Positions 36,711-42,766 of a stretch of DNA of 42,766 nt are shown here, one piece after another. Numbering within the stretch: the stretch's first letter is position 1; each line of letters starts with the position of its first letter. A model generated the notes under the pieces. The model did no database searches and was not told the origin of the DNA. It saw nothing but the letters and a program-made list of their open reading frames with translations. The stretch lies in the sequence record SRR31156797_5930, one strand, 5' to 3'. A program made the translations under genes and the position numbers.

Positions 36711-37031
36711 ATGATTTCAGAAAACAGCCATTCCAAGTCAGAACATGAGACGGATCATAATCCGGGTTCCGCGGGGAAATACCTGGCCAATCTGCTCTAT
36801 CTGGCTACGATTCTCTCTGTATTGGGCTTTATCTGGAAATCCATCGCTTCGCTTGTTCGCCCCATGGTCGTTGTCATGGTGCTGTCGATGCTCACCCTGG
36901 CAGTTGCCCCTGTGTTGTATGCCCCACACTGTTCGGCGTTCGTTCACCCAGGAAAGGAAAGTAATCATGAATATGCGCATAAGAGTTTGCCAAATCTTCG
37001 TTTTGACGATGTTATTCGGACTTCCCATTGA
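36711..37031 (+). CDS. Small hypothetical membrane protein
   Basis: GGAAGAGG RBS; two hydrophobic segments; 3' end overlaps the next gene by 65 nt. Confidence 0.45.
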   Translation: MISENSHSKSEHETDHNPGSAGKYLANLLYLATILSVLGFIWKSIASLVRPMVVVMVLSMLTLAVAPVLYAPHCSAFVHPGKESNHEYAHKSLPNLRFDDVIRTSH

Positions 37032-37896
37032 CGCATGGTGCGGGGAACGGATCGAATTTAAAGGGCCCGCAGATCTGGAAGCGATCTTCAAGAAGATGAA
37101 CTACACCCACGAGGCCTGGAACGCCGGGCTTCGGGAGGTTCCGCGCTATTACGTCTCACACGTGCCTGAACGTTGGCGAAAAAAATACGCCGATGAAGTC
37201 CCCGTTAAGACCAAGAAGCGGATCTTTTTCAGGGTCATCGCACCTTTGGTGCTCCGCTCCAATGAGCTGATTCTCATGGATCGAAAACGCCTCAAGACCC
37301 TCATGGGCGCTTCCGAAAAATGGGACGTAATCGGTGCCGAGGACCGGGCGTGGCTGGCGGATCTTGCCCTTCGCTACGAATTGATCCATGACCCTTCGGA
37401 TGTTTTGAGCAGGGACATTTTGGATGAACTACAAATGAGGGTCGATATGGTTCCCCTATCTCTGGCCCTCAGCCAGGGGGCCGAGGAGAGCGGTTGGGGC
37501 ACATCCCGGTTCGCGGACGTGGGCAATGCTTTTTTCGGGGAGTGGGCCTGGGGTGAAGGCATCAAGCCGAAAAAGCAACGAAGCGGTAAAGGGGACTACC
37601 GGATCAAGGCCTTTGAGGAACCCCTCGATTCCATCGGGTCGTACATTAATAACCTGAATACACATCCGGCATATGCGGATATGCGGAAAAAGCGGGCGGA
37701 GCTGAGGCGGCAGGGCAAACCTGTCACCGGTTGGATCCTGGCCGAGACGCTCACCAAATATTCGGAGCGGGGTCCGGCATACGTAAAGTCTCTGAAGGCC
37801 ATCATGAGAGTTAACCACCTGGTTGAAAAAGACAAAGCTGTTTTGCGAGATATGGAACCGGTTGAGCTGGTTCCTGTGGGCTGGGGTGCGGAATAA
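36967..37896 (+). CDS. Bax-like glucosaminidase (GH73-like) domain protein with signal peptide
   Basis: KKRIFF, RVDMVPLSLALSQGAEESGWGTSRFA, GNAFFGEW, NLNTHPAY, YSERGPAYV. Start set to ATG 36967. Confidence 0.85.
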   Translation: MNMRIRVCQIFVLTMLFGLPIDAWCGERIEFKGPADLEAIFKKMNYTHEAWNAGLREVPRYYVSHVPERWRKKYADEVPVKTKKRIFFRVIAPLVLRSNELILMDRKRLKTLMGASEKWDVIGAEDRAWLADLALRYELIHDPSDVLSRDILDELQMRVDMVPLSLALSQGAEESGWGTSRFADVGNAFFGEWAWGEGIKPKKQRSGKGDYRIKAFEEPLDSIGSYINNLNTHPAYADMRKKRAELRRQGKPVTGWILAETLTKYSERGPAYVKSLKAIMRVNHLVEKDKAVLRDMEPVELVPVGWGAE

Positions 37897-37925
37897 TGGA
37901 AGGTAAATTTTAAAAAACAGGAGGA

Positions 37926-38144
37926 ATGTTTATGAGACGATTGAAAATTCAGGTGATGATTATTTTGGTCCTTTTTGGGGCAGGTTTCACAGGTTGTGGT
38001 GGCGGCGGCGCAGACGTCACATCACACACAACGACCACCACGGTGGGGCAGGAACTGATAGATCTTGAAGCGGCCTACAAAAAGGGAGTGATTACTCAAG
38101 AGGAGTATGAAGATGCCAAGGAAAAAATATTAGAAAGAGAATAG
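37926..38144 (+). CDS. SHOCT-domain lipoprotein
   Basis: AGGAGG RBS; lipobox FTGC; GQELIDLEAAYKKGVITQEEYEDAKEKIL. Confidence 0.85.
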   Translation: MFMRRLKIQVMIILVLFGAGFTGCGGGGADVTSHTTTTTVGQELIDLEAAYKKGVITQEEYEDAKEKILERE

Positions 38145-38239
38145 GCGCTTTCCGTTTAAAACAGGTTATGGCAGTCGGCCCGCTTTCTTTGCATCAGGGG
38201 GGCTGTGGGTGTTATGAAAAAAGAGAGTCAGGGGATATT

Positions 38240-39934
38240 ATGACAACAAAAGGTTGTTTTTTTCTCATTATTTTGGCGCTGACAGGGCTTGTGGCTTGCA
38301 GCAAACAGGCCTTAATCAAAAGTCCTGCCACGGCGTCGAGTGTTTCGGGCACAGTAACTTATCCGAAAGACATGGCACTTCCTCCGCAAGCGGTGGTCCA
38401 CGTGATCCTATCGGATATCACCTCCCCGGACGCACCCAGGGCGTTTGCGGCGCAGACCATTACCCCACCCGGCCGAGTGCCGATCCCGTTTGATATCAAT
38501 TATGACTCATCCCGGATTGACCCCGAACACACCTATTCCGTGCAGGCATGCATACGATTTGATGATCAGGTCCGGTTTGTCTCAACGAGGGCCTATCCCG
38601 TAATTACCAAGGATCATCCTGACAAAGTGAAGGTCATCCTGGATCCGGTGGAGACCCTCCAAGGGAAAACCACGGATTCCGGCCTTATCTCCGGAAGCGC
38701 TGATACCCCCCTCCAGCAGAATATCCATGTTACCCTCGCCGGCGAATGCGGGATCGCTGCCGCCCGGTACGATCGCATGACCCAGGCGAGGGCATCGGAA
38801 ATCTTACCGCCCGATTTGTTTTCCGGCCCCCACCATAAGGTCCGCGAAGATGTGCTCATCCGTGGTCCGCAGTATTTTTTCGTGGTCGACTCGGATTTCG
38901 GACAGTATCAGGCCCAGGGCCAGCCGAGGCTGCGGCGACTGGTCAGAGAGATCAACGCCCTTGCCGCGTTGAAGGAGGTCACCAAAACAAAGGCGTTCAA
39001 GGAGTCACTTTCAGAAGCGGCTTTGGAACCGGTTGTTGCGCTCAAAGAACTCGTGCTCCACCCTGTGGATACAATCACAGGCGTCCCCAAAGGGATCTGG
39101 ACTTTTGCCGCCACCTCAAAGGAGTCCTTGACCGGCGACCGCAGCCAGTATGAAGATCGCTACCTTGAAGCGATCATCACGGTGTCCAGGTACAAGCGAC
39201 GCTATGCCGCCGAACTTGGGATCGACGTCTATACGAGTAACCCCGAGGTCCAGAAGGAATTGAACCGTTTGGGTTGGGCTGCCGCCATCGCCAGCTGGAC
39301 ACCAACGGTACTGCTAATACCTGCCGCAGGTACCGCCAAGGCCCTGTATACGGTATTCGACTGGACCGAGACCCTCAACAGGATAATCACGGAGACGTCG
39401 CCCGATATCCTCCGTTACCAGAATCGAAAGAAGCTCAAGGCGATGGGCATTTCAAACCGGTTGTGCGACGGGTTTCTGAATCACAATTATTATTCACCCC
39501 GCAATCAGACAGTGATCACCGAATACCTCGCATCCATGAAAGAGGCCGACGGGAAAGCGCTGTTGATTGAACAGGCCCTTAATGCGACTTCCGAGATCGA
39601 TGCATTCACCTATCAGCAGATCGTCGAGGTTCTGGCGGGATATAACCGGAGCGTATCGCCGATAATCGAACTCGGTGCACATAAGGGTATTCCGGTGGGC
39701 TATGCGAAAAACGGGTCGGTGGTCATGGGGTTCCCCGTTGACCTCGGCCGCTGGACGGCCTTCACTGAGTATCTGTTGGCTGATTTTGGCAAAAAACAGC
39801 CCGGAAAGGAGGAAATTAAAAAATCGGAACTGTGGATCTTGGGTGGACTCACGCCTCGAGCACGACGCCAGCTCACAACCCTTGGCATCTCTGTCACCGA
39901 ACACGCAGACGACAAGGTAGGTATGATGGATTAG
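38240..39934 (+). CDS. Lipoprotein with YbaY-like N-terminal domain fused to a large domain of unknown function
   Basis: Lipobox LVAC; VSGTVTY, ALPPQA, LSDITSPDAP, VPIPFDINYDSSRIDP, YPVIT. The ~390 aa C-terminal part is unassigned. Confidence 0.75.
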   Translation: MTTKGCFFLIILALTGLVACSKQALIKSPATASSVSGTVTYPKDMALPPQAVVHVILSDITSPDAPRAFAAQTITPPGRVPIPFDINYDSSRIDPEHTYSVQACIRFDDQVRFVSTRAYPVITKDHPDKVKVILDPVETLQGKTTDSGLISGSADTPLQQNIHVTLAGECGIAAARYDRMTQARASEILPPDLFSGPHHKVREDVLIRGPQYFFVVDSDFGQYQAQGQPRLRRLVREINALAALKEVTKTKAFKESLSEAALEPVVALKELVLHPVDTITGVPKGIWTFAATSKESLTGDRSQYEDRYLEAIITVSRYKRRYAAELGIDVYTSNPEVQKELNRLGWAAAIASWTPTVLLIPAAGTAKALYTVFDWTETLNRIITETSPDILRYQNRKKLKAMGISNRLCDGFLNHNYYSPRNQTVITEYLASMKEADGKALLIEQALNATSEIDAFTYQQIVEVLAGYNRSVSPIIELGAHKGIPVGYAKNGSVVMGFPVDLGRWTAFTEYLLADFGKKQPGKEEIKKSELWILGGLTPRARRQLTTLGISVTEHADDKVGMMD

Positions 39935-39986
39935 CGGATAAAAAATATATTTTTGATAAAAACAAAAACAACAAAAAGGAGAAAAA

Positions 39987-40388
39987 ATGAAACGAACACT
40001 GATGGTATTGATTACGTTGTGCATGATGTCGCTGCTTTCCACCAATGCAGTTGCGGAGGAGAGCCTTGTCCAGTCGGTAGCAGAAGGTTGCAAGGTGGAA
40101 CTTGAGAAGTACTGCGGGAACGTTACAGTTGGTGAAGGCCGTGTTTTGGCCTGTCTCTATGCATACAGCGACAAACTGTCTCCGAAGTGTGAGTACGCAC
40201 TCTTTGACGCCGCGGTTCAGCTTGAAAGAGCGGTTGCACTCCTCACCTACATTGCCAACGAATGTGACGATGATTTGGATAAATATTGCAGCGCCGTTGC
40301 ACCCGGTGAAGGACGTCTGCTTCAATGCCTTGACAAAAATGGGAAAAAATTGACCAAGCGCTGTAAACAGGCTTTAGGATTGAAGTAA
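39987..40388 (+). CDS. Secreted cysteine-rich repeat protein (GLG1-like repeats)
   Basis: Signal peptide; two repeats of C-X7-C-X5-GEGRxxxCL...KLxxxC. Confidence 0.8.
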   Translation: MKRTLMVLITLCMMSLLSTNAVAEESLVQSVAEGCKVELEKYCGNVTVGEGRVLACLYAYSDKLSPKCEYALFDAAVQLERAVALLTYIANECDDDLDKYCSAVAPGEGRLLQCLDKNGKKLTKRCKQALGLK

Positions 40389-40427
40389 ATCCTGTCATCA
40401 CAAGATATTTCTTACGGCTTGTTAGGT

Positions 40428-40470
40428 CAGCATCAAATGCGGTAAAATGCATTTGATGCTGGCAGTTTTT
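40428..40470 (+). terminator. Stem-loop, probable terminator
   Basis: Perfect 13-bp inverted repeat CAGCATCAAATGC-8 nt-GCATTTGATGCTG followed by GCAGTTTTT. Confidence 0.55.
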
Positions 40471-40542
40471 CGTATTTTGGGTTGCTGGTGTAGTCCGCAT
40501 TAGGTATCGAACGGCAGTATTTCGGATTCCCTGACACTCAAA

Positions 40543-42423
40543 ATGAGCGCATATGGAAAACGGATGAAAATTCCCCATAAAGATGAACCGGATTTCACAA
40601 GACCACTCCTGAAGATACCTGCTGAAGCGGAAAAACGGATATTATCCCGCCTCGGCTTTCTTTACGGCGAAGATGTGGCCAAAAAATGGCTGCCCGAATT
40701 GAAAAGGATTCTGAAGGTTTATTGTGCTCACAAGGATCCGGCTTCTGAAGATAACGAGAGTGATTTCAATCCGGCCAACCGTTTTACGGAAAAAGATATC
40801 ATTCTCATTACCTACGGAGATATCTTACGTTCCGAAGGGAAATCGCCTCTTGCGGCCCTGGCCTATTTTATGGAAGAAGCCGAAAAGCTCAAAGGGATTA
40901 TCAATACCCTCCATATTCTTCCCTTCTTCCCCTATACGTCGGACAGAGGGTTCTCGGTAACGGATTTCAGAGTCGTTGATCCCCATCTCGGCTCATGGAA
41001 AGATGTTGAGGAGATCGGCAAACGGTTCAAACTCATGTTCGACGGTGTTTTAAACCACGCTTCCTCCAAGAGTCCTCAAATACAAGAGATGCTCCAGGGC
41101 AACCCTGACTATAAGGATTTTGCCGTTTCCTTTAAGTCTCCCGATGAATTGACCCAGGAACAGCGCGAAATTATCGTACGACCTCGAACCTCGGATCTCC
41201 TGACCGAGTTTCAAACCATAGAAGGTCCCCTGTGGCTTTGGACCACTTTTTCGGCGGATCAGGTGGATCTGAATTACCGAAATCCCAAGGTCCTGATGGA
41301 GATGCTGGAGACGCTTCTCCTTTATATCCGTAAAGGGGCCGACATTATCCGTCTCGATGCGGTGACCTATCTCTGGGATGAACCGGGGACCCCCAGCGTC
41401 CACCTGAAGCAAACCCATGAGATCATCAAGCTCTTTCGGAATGTCCTGGATCTGGTAGCCCCTCATGTAGCCCTGCTCACCGAAACCAATGTGCCCCATG
41501 GAGAGAATATCTCCTATTTCGGCAACGGTTCCGATGAAGCGCAAATGATCTACAATTTTGCGCTTCCGCCCATGGTCCTTCATACATTTTATAAAGAAGA
41601 CACAAGGGCTCTCTCTAAATGGGCGGATGGCCTCGAATCGCCATCCCATACGACGACTTTTTTGAACTTCCTGGACTCCCATGATGGCGTGGGCCTTATG
41701 GGGGTCAAAAACATCCTGAAAAAGAAGGAGATTGAGTACGTCATTCAAAGGGCAAGAGAACATGGGGCATTCATATCCCATAAGAGCGGAAAGGAAGGGG
41801 AAGAGCCCTATGAAATCAATACCACGTGGTGGAGTGCCGTCAACATGGATAACAACGGCGAGGAGATCTCCTTTCAGGTAAAACGATTTGTGGCCTCAAG
41901 GAGTATCTCTCTGGTGCTTCGTGGCATACCGGGGATCTACTTCCACGGGTTAGCTGGAACCTCCAATGATATTGGCACCGTTTTAGAAACCGGGTCAAAG
42001 CGCGACATCAACCGGAGGATCGTTGATGAGAAGGAATTGATGGCCGATATTGAAGATCCGGGATCCAAACTCTACCACATCAGGAAGCAGTTGGTTCCGA
42101 TTCTGGAGATCCGGGTCAAGTTCTCCGCCTTTCACCCCAACGGCGAACAGAGGGTCTTTATGGTCTCATCGCAAGTGTTTACAGTATTAAGGATATCTCC
42201 GGATTTCCAACAACACATCCTGACCATGACCAACGTAACGAACCATGAGGCTCAGGTGGACATTCCCCTGATTGAAATGGGAATGGAACGGGAGGGTTGG
42301 TATGACCTGATCGGGAGGAGGGGATGGCGGGCAAAAGATAAATGCCTCTCCCTGAATCTGCGGCCTTATGATGTGGTGTGGCTCATACCCTTTGCGGAAT
42401 TGGAGAAGATCATTGAATCGTAA
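40543..42423 (+). CDS. GH13_18 sugar phosphorylase, probably glucosylglycerate phosphorylase (YcjM-like)
   Basis: LITYGD, HILPFFPYTSDRGF, WTTFSADQVDLN, RLDAV (nucleophile), TETNVPH (acid/base), NFLDSHDG, PYEINTT. Start 40543 or 40564. Confidence 0.85.
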   Translation: MSAYGKRMKIPHKDEPDFTRPLLKIPAEAEKRILSRLGFLYGEDVAKKWLPELKRILKVYCAHKDPASEDNESDFNPANRFTEKDIILITYGDILRSEGKSPLAALAYFMEEAEKLKGIINTLHILPFFPYTSDRGFSVTDFRVVDPHLGSWKDVEEIGKRFKLMFDGVLNHASSKSPQIQEMLQGNPDYKDFAVSFKSPDELTQEQREIIVRPRTSDLLTEFQTIEGPLWLWTTFSADQVDLNYRNPKVLMEMLETLLLYIRKGADIIRLDAVTYLWDEPGTPSVHLKQTHEIIKLFRNVLDLVAPHVALLTETNVPHGENISYFGNGSDEAQMIYNFALPPMVLHTFYKEDTRALSKWADGLESPSHTTTFLNFLDSHDGVGLMGVKNILKKKEIEYVIQRAREHGAFISHKSGKEGEEPYEINTTWWSAVNMDNNGEEISFQVKRFVASRSISLVLRGIPGIYFHGLAGTSNDIGTVLETGSKRDINRRIVDEKELMADIEDPGSKLYHIRKQLVPILEIRVKFSAFHPNGEQRVFMVSSQVFTVLRISPDFQQHILTMTNVTNHEAQVDIPLIEMGMEREGWYDLIGRRGWRAKDKCLSLNLRPYDVVWLIPFAELEKIIES

Positions 42424-42538
42424 GTGCCCCGGCCCCCCTTTTTGCAGGACATTTCTTTGATTATAAATGGATAGGGGGAGCATTGACATGGAACATGTGC
42501 GAAAGAAAATTAAGAATTGAAAAGGAGATACGTATCAA

Positions 42539-42766
42539 ATGCCTGAGAAAAAACGGTTAATCAACCGGCCGTTATTGCAAAGCAGAAAACATGCGCTATT
42601 TTCTTGTCCAGTCTTGCTTCCCCTGCTGTTTTTGGCATTGCTCTTCACCTCCTGTACAACATTGGGCCCCGATTTTAAAAAACCTTCCGCATCCGTTGAA
42701 AAAGAATGGATTGAGACGGATGACACCAAGATAAAGGCGGAAACAGCCGACTACAGCACATGGTGG
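42539..42766 (+). CDS. NodT/TolC-family outer-membrane factor lipoprotein (N-terminal fragment)
   Basis: Not in the ORF track. AAGGAG RBS; manual translation ...LLFTSCTTLGPDFKKP...DYSTWW, open to the window end. Confidence 0.75.
   Translation, partial: MPEKKRLINRPLLQSRKHALFSCPVLLPLLFLALLFTSCTTLGPDFKKPSASVEKEWIETDDTKIKAETADYSTWW

Noticed and set aside
36745-36966. Cys/Trp-rich N-terminal extension of the glucosaminidase ORF
   Set aside because: ATG 36967 has an RBS and starts a signal peptide; the extension overlaps another plausible ORF.

Overview
This 42.8 kb bacterial chromosomal window looks like an anaerobic deltaproteobacterium (Desulfobacterota-like; inferred from gene content, not tested). 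The left ~27 kb is mostly housekeeping and metabolic: mlaEFDCA, rlmH, hbd, a GT-B protein and Na+/solute symporter, an Rsb-type partner-switching trio, two Slp lipoproteins, hisC-PLP lyase-nitrilase, a long KamA radical SAM enzyme, marC, minCDE with an orphan xdhA, and an HcrA-like Mo-hydroxylase operon with TetR. The right ~15 kb holds the highlight. A hybrid sensor kinase and a REC-GAF-AAA sigma54 activator precede two tandem GGATG-N6-CATCC palindromes and a consensus -24/-12 promoter. Behind these lie an ABM gene, a Tat-signal reductive dehalogenase (rdhA), a free RdhB-like anchor and a second RdhB-like domain fused to an FMN-binding RdhC/NosR-type protein. Envelope genes, a GH13 phosphorylase and a partial outer-membrane factor follow. 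I saw no tRNA/rRNA, CRISPR array, transposase or integrase. All family calls come from motif recognition without database searches.
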